A stretch of 64,000 nucleotides of DNA from contig CATNEN010000024.1 of the NCBI GenBank assembly GCA_950097015.1, positions 5,270,001 through 5,334,000 of the forward strand, given 5' to 3'. The notes beneath the pieces were generated by a model. That model saw only the letters and a program-made list of their open reading frames with translations. It was not told where the DNA came from and ran no database searches. Position numbers and translations under genes: made by a program. This DNA is from Macrostomum hystrix. Lineage: Eukaryota > Animalia > Platyhelminthes. This document shows positions 13,670 to 25,880 of the stretch, one piece after another. Every line of letters starts with the position of its first letter. Position 1 is the first letter of the stretch.

Positions 13670-15345
13670 TCAGGCTGGGCCGCACAGCGCGTCGATTCCC
13701 TCATTGCAGCCAAACGATCGCAACACCCTCACTAGCTGGTCTTTGTACAGCGGTTGCAGAAGCTGAAAGCCTTCAAACAGCAAGTCGGCGTCCGGCTGAC
13801 GTCTGGCCAGGCCGCGATTGCGCAGCCAGTCGAGCTCGTCGCTAGCCAAGCCCAGCAGCAGCAGCAGCGGCTGCCAGGAAGACATCACTGCCGGACAGGT
13901 GCAGAGGCGGCTCAGCTCGGTGGCTGAAGGCACCGTGTCCGGTGGAAACTGCAGCCAGGCGGCAGTCAGCGCGGTGGTGACGCTGGCCGCGGAATCGGCC
14001 GAGTTGCCGGGAGCGGCGCTGGGCGCGACTGGCGCGGTGCCGGCGACCGAGTCAGTGAGAGTCCAGTGGTTCTCAGTCAGGAAGCTGTTCAACACGCGCA
14101 AATCCGACTCCGGGTGCTGCTCGGCTGCGTCATCGCTTCTGGCACTGAGGCAGTTGCTCCAAATTTCGACAATGCGACTGAAGCTCGGCCGACGGTCTGG
14201 CGCCTCGCTGATCGACGACTTTACCAACTCGACAATTTCGGCGACAGGCAGCGACGGCCCAGCGCGCGGCCAGCGGGCAGCGATTTTCTCGCTTAGCAGG
14301 ACGCCGGTTTCGTCGGGCGTCAGCAGCGGGCTACGGCGGTCCCGTCGGCGACGCGGGCTGGCCAAGGTGAGGGCTTCGAAGCAGGCGACACCGTAGGCCA
14401 ATCGGTCTTCGTGCAGAGGCGGCTGCGGGCCGTCAATGGGAGAGCCGGCGGAGAAGCAGCTGAAGCCGCCGAGCTGCGGATTGGGAGATCAGTTTAAAGT
14501 TTTTTCTAGGAAATAATAAATATATAAATAACTGTCAAAAGCTGACAATGACTCGGCTGCAAGGAGCTCTGTTAATAGCCGAAGAATTTGGAGGGATAGT
14601 GGAAGTATAGTCTATCACCTCTAGGATATTGCAGAGTGGATGGCGGGTAAATAGTTAATTTTCTGTCACCTTAACATTGAGATCAGCCGTGATGAGAATA
14701 TGCCTAGAGGAGAAGTTGCCGTGTGCGATGGGCGGATTCACGATCTCGTGCAGTCTCTGAAAGCCTTCCGCAGCCTGCTGCAGCCAGCGACAGACCACCC
14801 AGGGGCTCACCGGCTGATTCTGAAAGCATAGTTGATAATGGCGAATAACTTCAGTACGTAACTTTTTTCCTAGAAAGCTATAGTTTTCTATCAGACATTA
14901 ATTGACCAATTAAATAAATTGCACACATTGAGCTCACAATCGCAGAAGTAAACACAGAGAAATCCAGAACATTGCCGTGCAAGCAGAATTCCATGACAAT
15001 GCCAAACAGCATAGTCTCCTGCTCCATATAATAGCCCACAGAGGTGAGGAAGGCGGGGTGGTTCAGGCTGCTCACTCGCTGCAGCCCATTGAACTGGTTG
15101 TTCAGTCGCTTGGTAATGCTGGAAGAAATTAAATGGCAGGTTGATCGGTCTGATAAACTACTCGTTAGCTTAAACAGCCAAAAATGATCTTATTGAACCC
15201 ACCTGCGAACGTCTTCGGTTTTTGATAGCTTTTTCATTTTCTTCAGCAGATAAAAATTGTTTGGGTCGTTCTTCCATTTGCAGCGTGTATAGGAGAAGCT
15301 GCCACTCTCTGAATTGTTTAAGTTATATATCTTTTCAGTTTTCAT
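13670..15345 (-). CDS. Protein-kinase-like (probable pseudokinase) with C-terminal death-domain-like region, about 425 aa, 4 exons
   Basis: Exons 15345-15203, 15118-14938, 14819-14670 and 14473-13670 are phase-consistent. Kinase subdomains: FYLLKK, LNHPAFL, GIVMEFCLHGNVLD, LHEIVNPPIAHGNFSSRHILI, VKLGGF, DRRPSFSRIV. C-terminus contains SWQPLLLLLGLASDELDWL and DQLVRVLRSFG. An additional upstream exon cannot be excluded. Confidence 0.8.
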
Positions 15346-16819
15346 AATGGCTAGCGCTCTACTGATAATGTAAAGGAAGCAACTTCAGCACATCCACCGA
15401 TTTTAAATGCTCAATACATACATCTAGTATATTGTCTGTTTTAATGATACATAGCAAGACAATCCTCAAAGCACACTAATACTAATAGGAGTCAAATAAT
15501 AGTAAACATACCAATTGGTAATGATTGAAGATCCTCAAAGTCATTTTTACCAAAAATATCAGATTGTTGCATGCTTCTGAAAAAAATAGAAAATTATTAA
15601 CTAAAACTCTAGCAAAATTTAATTAGATGTTAGCATTTTCATTGCAATAACAAGCTTAAATTTTTCAGTTTGAAAAGGGAAGTGGAATTTAAGCTCCAAT
15701 ATTTCAAAAACATATATAAGCATTGGTTAAAAAAATTAGTATGTTAAAATATAAAATATTGTCCAATTATTAATCCTCTGGAAAAATGCTGTTTTATTAT
15801 CCATTAGAAGAATATCCATTAGATCATAGACAATTAGTTATTATATTAGTATTAGTACACTTTTTTAGTTGTTCACTTAAAGCTAAAAAGAGGACTTTTA
15901 TAGATGCAATATATTCCAAAAAATTAATACTATTATTACTCTTTACAGAAGCTTATAAATAAAGGAGTAAGATAAGATAAATAATATAAACCAGGAAATG
16001 TATTTATTGAGGACTACAACATTGGTGCACATATGATAATAAAAATATAATAATTAAGAGTTAAAAATTAAGAGTAATAAATTAATATATTAAAATTAAT
16101 AACATAAACAAAATGGACTCATGGACAAATACATGCCAAATGCAAAATAAAAGTAAAAAACACATATGTGAACCATTTTTACAATATGCCAAGACACAGA
16201 TGCATTTAATTGATTTTTAATGGGTAATTCTGCAAAGATATAGTAAAGCAATACAATGCCAAAAATAGACATCTCGATTTCAATTTTACTTAATAAGCTT
16301 TTAGGTTCGAAAATTGTTTTGTTTTTTAGCCCACTGTTCTAATCGATTATGTTAACTATTTGTTGGATTATATGTCTAAAGGAGCATGGTTTTTATATAA
16401 TGTAGCTACATTTTTAGATACCTATAACCGTGACCAACGAGTCGAGATCCTCATCTTATTTCGAAGAAAGTTGCTAGGTTTAAAACCAAGAAACAGTTTA
16501 TCTTAACAAATCTAGAGAAAAATACAACCAAAATTTTTTATATAAAAGGCTACGCAAATTTCTCTACATGAAAATCCTTAATAAGAATTCTTAAGGGTTG
16601 ATGTATACAATACTAAAATATGTGTCCCGAGCTTTACTCGATGTCACTCGCAAATCGAATTTACTACTGATGTCGCCCTTCTTATGCCTAACGCTCCTGA
16701 AGGTGGTACCAGTTCCCAGGGAATAGAAATGGGGAAACCGGGCTTCATCCCTCCGTTCTACTCCTAGCCTCATCCCTAGAGAACATTGGTAGCTAATTTG
16801 AGTCTGCATGGACAACTTA

Positions 16820-17028
16820 AGAACAACAATAAAATATGAGACACGGGAGAGAGGATACACGGGAGAGATCAGACAGCGGAGAAGACAAGCGTGGGAGGGA
16901 TAAGACACGGGAGAAATAAGACATGGCAGAGACGAGACCGAGAATAGATGAGACAGGGGAAAGATATGAGACAGGAAACTGGTGTCGGAAGGTGCAACGT
17001 CACGCGTGCCGGAGTTTGCCGACCCCTG
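16820..17028 (-). mobile_element. Partial hAT-type MITE related to the copy at 51499-51869
   Basis: End ...CCGGAGTTTGCCGACCCCTG is the reverse complement of a CAGGGGTC-type terminus, and it shares the GA/CT-rich internal repeat. The second end was not found. Confidence 0.55.
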
Positions 17029-17699
17029 TGTGTAGCACACACGCATCAGCATATCGATTAAACTTTCCTAATTACCAGTGCATTATAATACAGGCGCAAA
17101 AATGTTTTTATGAAAGAATCTTTCAGTCATAGCTTTAGAAGTAACAATAAAAAACACATGCTTCGTGAAAGATATATGGCATAATCTCGTAACAATGAGT
17201 AATCGCGTGAAAATGCTTAATTTTTTATAAATTATCTAATTGCGTCAACATTTCTTCGCGGCTGGCACTAACATATATTTGATGCTTAATAAGCCACAAA
17301 CTAGAATTCGCGAGTGGACAAAAAACAGAGTCTTTATATATTTAATTAGCGCATGAGTATAGCATTAATATTATTCTCATAAATATGTGTCCCACGCTTG
17401 CATCGTGCTAGCTGCGTCAATGCAGGCGACCTTGAAAGCCATAGTTGCATACCTATTTTTAGCTTCCTAGCACTCGTTTGCCAGCGAGTGAAGTTAGAGT
17501 ATGTGTTGGCATGTGCATATGCTACCGTTGATAACAATTAGACACAATATTATTGTTTCTTACAATATTTTGAAAAATGCGAAGCGCATTTAACTTAACC
17601 TAATTTCGATCGTCATTTTATCTCTAAAACACTGCTTTTATGGTGAACCATGCATGCGCAGACTACCTTGACAATTACTGCCACTTTGTTAGACCCGGA

Positions 17700-18270
17700 A
17701 CAAACTGTTACACAAGTCGCCATGACAGCTTTAGACAGATCATTTAAACTGTTACACAAGCTGTCAGTCCTGTTAGACAGATTGTTATAAACCTGTTATA
17801 CAAGCTGTCAGTCCTGTTAGACAGATCGTTTAACCTGTTACACAAGCTGTCAGTCCTGTTAGACAGATTGTTATAAACCTGTTACACAAGCTGTCAGTCC
17901 TGTTAGACAGATTGTTATAAACCTGTTATACAAGCTGTCAGTCCTGTTAGACAGATTGTTATAAACCTGTTATACAAGCTGTCAGTCCTGTTAGACAGAT
18001 CGTTTAACCTGTTACACAAGCTGTCAGTCCTGTTAGACAGATTGTTATAAACCTGTTACACAAGCTGTCAGTCCTGTTAGACAGATTGTTATAAACCTGT
18101 TATACAAGCTGTCAGTCCTGTTAGACAGATCGTTTAACCTGTTACACAAGCTGTCAGTCCTGTTAGACAGATTGTTATAAACCTGTTACACAAGCTGTCA
18201 GTCCTGTTAGACAGATTGTTATAAACCTGTTACACAAGCTGTCAGTCCTGTTAGACAGATTGTTATAAAC
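17700..18270. repeat. 42-44-bp minisatellite upstream of the bHLH gene
   Basis: About 12 copies of ACCTGTTACACAAGCTGTCAGTCCTGTTAGACAGATTGTTATAA. Confidence 0.93.
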
Positions 18271-18800
18271 CTTTCGTTCTGCTTCTTCTTTCTCTTCTCC
18301 AGTCAGAACACGTTTTTTTCAAAGCAGTGCTCGAAAACGTGGAAAGCAGTTTTATTCGTTGCACATTTTTAAGATGCTTGTCAAAGCCCAATTAAGCACG
18401 GATTTACTTTGTTATAAAAAAAGAAAATTGCGGAGCTTTGACGGGCCTAGGCGTGTCTCCACTCCAGGATATACCGCACCATAACACCGGGATGTGCAAA
18501 AGAGCTTTAAGTTATTAGCGTTTAATGAGTAACGAAGGAATGACAATGAAGTCACGAGCTAGGCTATAGGTGGTAAGACAAAAGCTCACTGCGGACAGTA
18601 GTCTGACCAAGAGAGCAGAATAGGAGGGCCTTAGCCAAATAGCTAAAACAGAAAACAGTTTTTTTGCTATTGAATGCACACTAGGCGCATTCATTTTGTT
18701 TGGTTAAAAGACGAAAATAAAAATAGAGAGGCCAAATAGCAGACAACAACATATCGCCACCCCACGAGATAGCGAGCCGACTGAAGCGTGCCCGACTGTC

Positions 18801-18808
18801 TATAAATA
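18801..18808 (+). promoter_or_regulatory. Candidate TATA box of the cwo-like gene
   Basis: TATAAATA 140 bp upstream of the ATG at 18941. Confidence 0.45.
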
Positions 18809-18940
18809 AGGCCACAGGAGGACTGAGCAATGCCCATCATGCAGCCACACAGACAGTCGACATAAGTGCTTGTTTAAAGCCCATAATACCAACTTTGGTG
18901 CAGCGATTTCACAGGAGAGAGTCAGAGCATTAACGTCTCG

Positions 18941-19438
18941 ATGCATTCCGCCGATGATTCAATGCACGAATGGTAAGTGGCAGAGTGGTTTTACGCGTTT
19001 GGAAAGACCCTGAGCTCGATTCCGCGGCGAGACCACATTAATTTGGGGCGCAGACGCGGAGAGAAGGCTTGGGGGCTTGTCGTGCAATTTACGCCCTTGA
19101 GGGCCAACCTCCAAGGCACAGTGAAAGTGTATAGACTGCCTGACGAGAAAGTCAGGGCAGATGACACACCTGTGCACGTTTGTGCTCAGGAGTCTAGTGT
19201 CACTCAATGATGTGCCATTGCCTGCAGCCCTCCTGCAGTTATTTTTATTAATACAATCCCCATAGCAACAGCCCCATTCGTTGTCACTCAATCTCATAAG
19301 GAAGGAGTTTGTGACCGCCCAGAGCACCAAGGGAGCTCCGCGCAGGCAGGCATCGGCTTCCAGCGCCCCGCATGGAGGCCTCCTGTCCCAACAGGCGTGC
19401 ATTGATTGGCGCGAGCAGCCGCCAAGGAAGCGAGCCAG

Positions 19439-19473
<35 letters not shown>

Positions 19474-22400
19474 CAGCAACAACGGCAACGACTCACAAGG
19501 AGGTTGAAAAACAGCGGCGAGACAGAATGAACCAGGCCATTGGCAGTTTGAGTCGCCTGATTCCTGCGGCCTATTTGAAACAGGTGAGCCTGCTGATGTA
19601 TTGCCCTTGGCACTGATACACTCACAAATTTGGCGACAGAGGACACGCAGCCAGCAATGGCCCACAGTACGCAATCACTCACTCATACAGGTGAGTGCCA
19701 AGGACCACTAGAAAAAGGACGGGACACTTGGTTTCTTGGAAAATTTATTAAAGGCTGATTTTCACGCAAAATTGCACTAGGGAGATAGGAACTTTTCATG
19801 TTTTTTTTCAGATTAAAATGTTGATAACTTATTTTTGGAAGCAGACCCAGTGTTGTTCTTTTAACAAAACTTCAAGTAGGCAATTAAGCATCTGAATATT
19901 AACTTTGTACCTGTTCTGTTATTTGCAGGGCCAAAATCGAGTGGAGAAGGCGGAAGTGATTGAGTTGGCCGCTCAGCACATGCTAGCGCTCACGTCACAA
20001 TTGGAGAGGTGCAAAGGTGAGCACACGCTAGTAGTATACAAAAGTCGGAGACGGAGGGTGTTTTTAAATACGAAAAATGTATGGTAGGTTCATTGGAGCA
20101 ATACATTGGATTTAGATTTAAATTTTCATCCCTCTCCCGATAGCAACTGCTGCGCAATTTTCCTCTCTTCCATGCAGCGCAGACCTCCAGTTTTTCTACT
20201 AGGCCAGCGAAAAAACAGATTTTTGCTTTTTCCTCCGTCCGTCGGCCAAAATGCCTCTGCTTTTTTTCCCTCGATGCCAGACAATTTTTTCGGTTCTAAC
20301 CTGCCCGTCTTCCCCGAGCGCGTCGGCCGGAGAGGAACTTAAATCAGACCAACAACAGCAAAGATTTTTCATGAACGAGATTTTATTTCGGCACTGCATA
20401 AACAAGTAACGCGAGGCAGACTGAAATTACAGCATGCAAAAGCGGTTTTAAGCAGGCAATAATCCAAGAGTTAAAAAACTGATACGTCAGAGATTACCAC
20501 TTTAGGGGATTAAGAATTTTCAGAGCATGTATACATCCTATAGAGCATGTATTTACAACAACATTCATTTTACGCTTCAATAATGTTCGACATGCTGGGC
20601 ACATTGCGCCAGATGCTGCCTCTCCACTCGCGTGGACAATCCAGGAACATGAAGAATAGATGGAAATATGTGACACACCTGCTTCATCTACTTAGAGCCT
20701 CCACGAGCGTGTACATATCCCCACTTATTCTCGCATCCTCTTCTGGATTGTGAGGTCCGTGCTGGTACTCCCGCTTCATTAAAAATCCTTGGAAAGCAGG
20801 AGCTAGAGACGCTAGCCGGGCATATACTAACTCCGGCAGGCCATGATCCCAGCTGCTATGCGTCTCTAGAAGCCCTTTTGCCATGCGAGTAAGGCCAACC
20901 GGCTGGTCTGGGGGATGTGAATCCAGTCCAGCCATTTTCCTTGAGAGCGCGGAATTGACAGTTGTTGGTAAAGGTAAACTTGTGCGAAGAAGCTGGCTCG
21001 ACATGAATTGTAGGCCGCGTCTCGGGTGAAACAAACTGCTGTGCGCTTAAGACTTCCTCTTTAGCGAAAAACGCCATGATGGGCGGTTAGTCTCCCTCGG
21101 TCTGCTCCGGAAGATTCGAAAACAGCACTTCCTTATATACTGTTTTTGAAAAGGTTTCCGGATAGTTCACCCGAATCGTCTGAATTCTTTACTTCTCCCG
21201 AATCGCTTTAAATTCCATGCCAAGCTGTCAGTTCAAAAGTCCTGATCTTTTGATTGAACATTGCGTTCTGGGGCTTGCAAAACCCTGACATTTCGATCTG
21301 GAGCGATTTGGGGCCAGCTGTTTCACTTAAAAAGTTGTCAGTTTTATCTTCCTGACCTTTTGATTGGACATTGCTTTCTGTAGCATGGAAGAGAGGAAAA
21401 TTGCGCAGCAGTTGCTATCGGGAGAGGGATGAAAATTTGCCCGAAATTTCGGCTATCTAAATCCAATGTATTGCTCCAATGAACCTACCATACATTTTTC
21501 GTATTTAAAAACACCCTCCGTCTCCGACTTTTGTATACTACTCACGCCTACTGATCAGCATTAGAAAATTATGGATATGAAGACAATTATCGGGCTAAAC
21601 GTCGATAAAGCTCATCAATGAACACATCGTGAATTTTTCTCTAGCGGCTCTGGGCCGCGACTTCCCAGCTGCGGGTGCCGACTGTTGCATTGGCCAGTTC
21701 TACCAGGGCTTCTGCGATAGCAGCAAGGCTGCTCTGCACTTCCTGACCGACCAGGGCGGCTTCTCCACCACCGACAGCCTCTGCTGCCGGCTGCGCAGTC
21801 ACCTGCATAACCTGGCCCAGAAACACCTGCCAGGTGAGCCAGAATGTGAGAAGGCTGCGTTCAATGACCAAACTTATAGCAACAATTACAAGTAGGAGAC
21901 AGAAGTGAAGATAGTTTTTTAAAGCCTAGTTAATTACTAATTGAGGGTGGGGTGTGCCGCCCCTTGAAAATTTTTGTGCTGAACTTGAACGGATCAACGC
22001 AAGCACACGAAACTCAAAAAAACACGAGCCAACCTTTTGTTGCGCATCTTCTGAAACAAGAATCAAGTCGCCAGCTCTTCAGACCGTCGAGATATTCATC
22101 TGGCCGAAGGTCAGATTTTCCCATAAGTGCTAGTTTATTTCATACATCATCTCCATCTCCGGTGGTCACCTTCCTTTATCTAGACGGACTGCTGGACCAT
22201 CAAGGCCTACAACAGGTGGAAATAGGCCACTATGGACACCCTGACGCGAATTTCTCCAATTTCTCTGCTCAAGCCTAAATACAAGGCGCAGCTTAACCAC
22301 AGTACACCATCGTTTAGGCCCAGAAATTTGGTAGTCCAACTGTTAAGTGATACAGTGCCGGAGTATATAATTGATCAAGAAATTTCAAAACCGATTTAAT

Positions 22401-23438
22401 CCAATGCATGGCTGCGCAGATAAATCCGAGTTGCCGTCACTATCGGTGACTCAGCCAGCCAGCAACCGTAAAAACCATCATCAGCACGACTCAGACAGCT
22501 GCAGCTGCTCCTCAACAGATGACGAAACACCAACTAGCTGCTCTAGCGACGTAGTCGACTTGCGAGGCCGTGCAGGCGACAAGTCCGACAGGTGCAGCCC
22601 ATCGAAAGAGGACGAGGCAACGAGGCTTGATCCGAAGTCGGCGTTCAAGAAGCGATTCGAGGTAGCTATTTAAATTGTGTAAATTTGTAGTTTTCATTTT
22701 TTAACCAATATGAACTGGCCATGGAGGTTTATCGAGAGCAATGTCAGCTGTCCGTGTCACCTGGGTCTCCGACAAGAATCGCTGCTGAATATCTCTCCGA
22801 TGCTGACGTTGGACGGCTTTGAAAGTTAGTTAATCGTAAAGGCTGGAAAATTTTGATCAAAATGCAGGTGGACTTTCACGAAAATCGGTCACTCGGTTTG
22901 GGAGCTGGCGTGAAGTAGGCAGCGAGTATTTGAAAAATCCCACTGGTTTTTCTACTGTCAATCCATGGACTGATGGGCCACGAAACCTATCCGAAATTCT
23001 AGCCCGAACAAATGCCTGGCGAACTATAAAGCAATGGGAAATTTAGTGTCTTTGTTTCCACTAAATCAAGATTCGAACTCCAGACCTCGGTTACTATAAA
23101 TAATGATAACAATTTTGAATCAGGCCCAGTCAGCAGCAGCAGCGGCAAGCGAGCAGCGGTCAACTCCAGGGGCCAGAGATGAGCAGCAGACGGAGGAGGA
23201 TGAGGAACCCCAGCTGCTGCCTGGCTTTGTGTTGCACGAGTCTGGCACGCACTATTTGCCGCTGGTGGTGCCTCAATCGGCTCTAGGCACGGAGCTGCTC
23301 ACCGGCCGACAGCGGAAGCTGCTCAGCAGCAGCCGCGATGGCTCGCCGCTGCTGCATCCGGTGTCAATACCGGTCAATTTCGGGGCCACGCGATTTGTCA
23401 GAGCACGCGATTTTGGCGGCACCGGGAAGAACTCGTGA
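18941..23438 (+). CDS. cwo: bHLH-Orange transcriptional repressor, clockwork orange-like, about 382 aa, 6 exons
   Basis: Exons 18941-18972, 19301-19583, 19929-20016, 21645-21833, 22420-22661 and 23124-23438. bHLH: HKEVEKQRRDRMNQAIGSLSRLIPAAYLKQGQNRVEKAEVIELAAQHM. Orange: FYQGFCDSSKAALHFL...RLRSHL. C-terminal GFVLHESGTHYLPL and LLHPVSIPVNF match my recollection of insect CWO blocks. Poly-Q tract present; no WRPW. Exon 1 is the least certain. Confidence 0.82.
18970..19250 (+). mobile_element. tRNA-derived SINE, family 1
   Basis: A-box-like GGCAGAGTGG and B-box-like GAGCTCGATTCC; body GGGGGCTTGTCGTGCAATTTACGCC...CCAACCTCCAAGGCACAGTG is shared with four other copies. Confidence 0.85.
19699..19855 (+). 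mobile_element. Single TIR remnant of the hAT-type MITE family seen at 41159-42003
   Basis: Starts CAAGGACCACTAG...TTCTTGGAAAATTTATTAAAGGCTGA, near-identical to that element's TIR. Confidence 0.75.
20029..21543. mobile_element. Non-autonomous DNA transposon with ~140-bp TIRs in cwo intron 3
   Basis: 20030-~20170 is the reverse complement of ~21390-21542 (AGTAGTATACAAAAGTCGGAGACGGAGGG...). Candidate 4-bp TSD ACGC at 20025-20028 and 21544-21547. No transposase ORF. Confidence 0.85.
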
Positions 23439-23679
23439 ATACAATGGATATTGTCGCAACCGTGGTCACTGAAAACTAATTTGGCATCCTATTCAGCTTG
23501 TGTATTATTTTAGCTTGCAGTTGCTTGACTATTGTGCTAATAAATACATGAATTTTTAATTTGTAAGTCATAATTAATTAGCACCGGCTCATTATCGCAC
23601 CTGACATACTGCATAATCGAACAGCACTGGAGCATTAAAAACACTTATTTAACAGTTTTGCCTTTAGTGGATGGGTAGA

Positions 23680-24770
23680 TGGCTAATGCTAGATGGCTAA
23701 TGCTAGATGGCTAATGCTAGATGGCTAATGCTAGATGGCTAATGCTAGATGGCTAATGCTAGATGGCTAATGCTAGATGGCTAATGCTAGATGGCTAATG
23801 CTAGATGGCTAATCTGGGGCAGATTATACAGTAGTTATACAGATAGCTAGATGGGGAGAAATAGTATTAGTGGATTGGGAAGTACATAGGCAGATTGAGA
23901 GGTAGATGGAGAGGTAGACGGGCAGATTTGAAGGTAGATTACTGGAGTCGAAGGTAGACAGGCGGATTGGGAGGTAGATTACTGGAATGGGAGGTAGACA
24001 GGCGGATTGGGAGGTAGATTACTGGATTGGGAGGTAGACAGGCGGAGTGGGAGGTAGATTAGTGGAATGGGAGGTAGATTAGTGGAATGGGAGGTAGACA
24101 GGCGGAGTGGGAGGTAGATTAGTGGAGTGGGAGGTCCGAGGTAGATTAGTGGAATGGGAAGTAGATTAGTGGAATGGGAGGTAGATTAGTGGAATGGGAG
24201 GTAGATTACTGGAGTGGGAGGTAGATTAGTGGAATGGGAGGTAGATTAGTGGAGTGGGGGGTAGATTAGTGGAGTGGGAGGTAGATTAGTGGAATGGGAG
24301 GTAGATTAGTGGAATGGGAGGTAGATTAGTGGAGTGGGAGGTATATTAGTGGAATGGGAGGTAGATTACTGGAATGGGAGGTAGATTAGTGGAGTGGGAG
24401 GTAGATTAGTGGAGTGGGGGCAGATTAGTGGAATGGGAGGTAGATTACTGGAATGGGAGGTATATTAGTGGAGTGGGAGGTAGATTAGTGGAGTGGGGGG
24501 CAGATTAGTGGAGTGGGGGGTATATTAGTGGAGTGGGGGGTAGACAGTTAGATTGGGAGGCAGATTAGTGGAATGGGAGGTATATTAGTGGAGTGGGGGG
24601 CAGATTAGTGGAGTGGGAGGTATATTAGTGGAGTGGGGGGTGGACAGTTAGATTGGGAGGCAGATTAGTGGAATGGGGGGTAGTCTAGTCGAGTGGGAGG
24701 TAGATAAGTGGGTTGGGAGGTAGACGTGTAGATTGGGAGGTAGACGTGTAGATTGGGAGGTAGATAGAGT
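23680..24770. repeat. 14-bp (GCTAGATGGCTAAT) then ~20-bp (GGGAGGTAGATTAGTGGAAT) minisatellites
   Basis: Two adjacent tandem arrays at about 23680-23815 and 23890-24770. Confidence 0.9.
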
Positions 24771-25444
24771 CAGAATAGCAATGTGTGTATAAAAAATGAC
24801 AATTATATTTGAAGGCAGGGACATCCGCTGAACTAGTACCCGCCAGAATCTCAGATATGATAGCAGTGTGTCGCGATATTCTCCAAGCCAAAAACTGATG
24901 TATTTTTAAATTCTGCGAGTCTTATTTCATAGGAAAACTAGGAGAAACAACTGTTGATAGTGGGAATTGCGGATGGCTGGCAATAGCGAATGGGTTTTAG
25001 AAATTGGCGGGCAATGGGACAAGCATAAAAAATCACTGATCGTTGGGCGATTAAATGACACGGTCCAAATTGGAAACGAAAAACACACAAAACAGAAAAT
25101 AAAAACTAAATGGTTTTTAGATCTGAAAAATGGTTGATAGAAACAAAATAGGGCGGCTAGGCTACGTCTCTAGTAGAGCAGCTCAGCAAATAATTGATAA
25201 GAGAGAGCTAAAATTTAAAGCGAGAAGTACTTTCAAGAAGACGAAGTCAGTAGAATGTAGACAACAATCAGATTAGACAGACCGGATAACTTTGGTGAGC
25301 AGCTTGCAGACTTTTAACTCTGCCGATTTTATAGTCCATTTGTGCCGCATTACTGCTAGTAATATATAAAGCATGTGCCGCTTCCACAGTTGCCATGACA
25401 ATCAGCTTTTTAAGCTGAATTTTGAGCACAGCTTTAATAATCAA

Positions 25445-25880
25445 TAAACAGACCTACCAAAGCTCTGTAGGGTGTAATAAACAGCCTACCAAAGCTCTGT
25501 AGGGTGTAATAAACAGCCTACCAAAGCTCTGTAGGGTGTAATAAACAGCCTACCAAAGCTCTGTAGGGTGTAATAAACAGACCTACCAAAGCTCTGTAGG
25601 GTGTAATAAACAGCCTACCAAAGCTCTGTAGGGTGTAATAAACAGCCTACCAAAGCTCTGTAGGGTGTAATAAACAGCCTACCAAAGCTCTGTAGGGTGT
25701 AATAAACAGCCTACCAAAGCTCTGTAGGGTGTAATAAACAGCCTACCAAAGCTCTGTAGGGTGTAATAAACAGCCTACCAAAGCTCTGTAGGGTGTAATA
25801 AACAGACCTACCAAAGCTCTGTTGGGTGTAATAACCCGCCTAGCAAAGCACTGTTGGGTGTAATAACCGACCTATCAAAA
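25445..25880. repeat. 32-bp minisatellite (AAACAGCCTACCAAAGCTCTGTAGGGTGTAAT)
   Basis: About 13 copies. Confidence 0.95.

Noticed and set aside
19584-19696. Second strong donor CAG|GTGAGT at about 19690 in cwo intron 2
   Set aside because: Extending the exon hits a stop at 19616 and no in-frame cassette exon was found; unsupported without RNA data.
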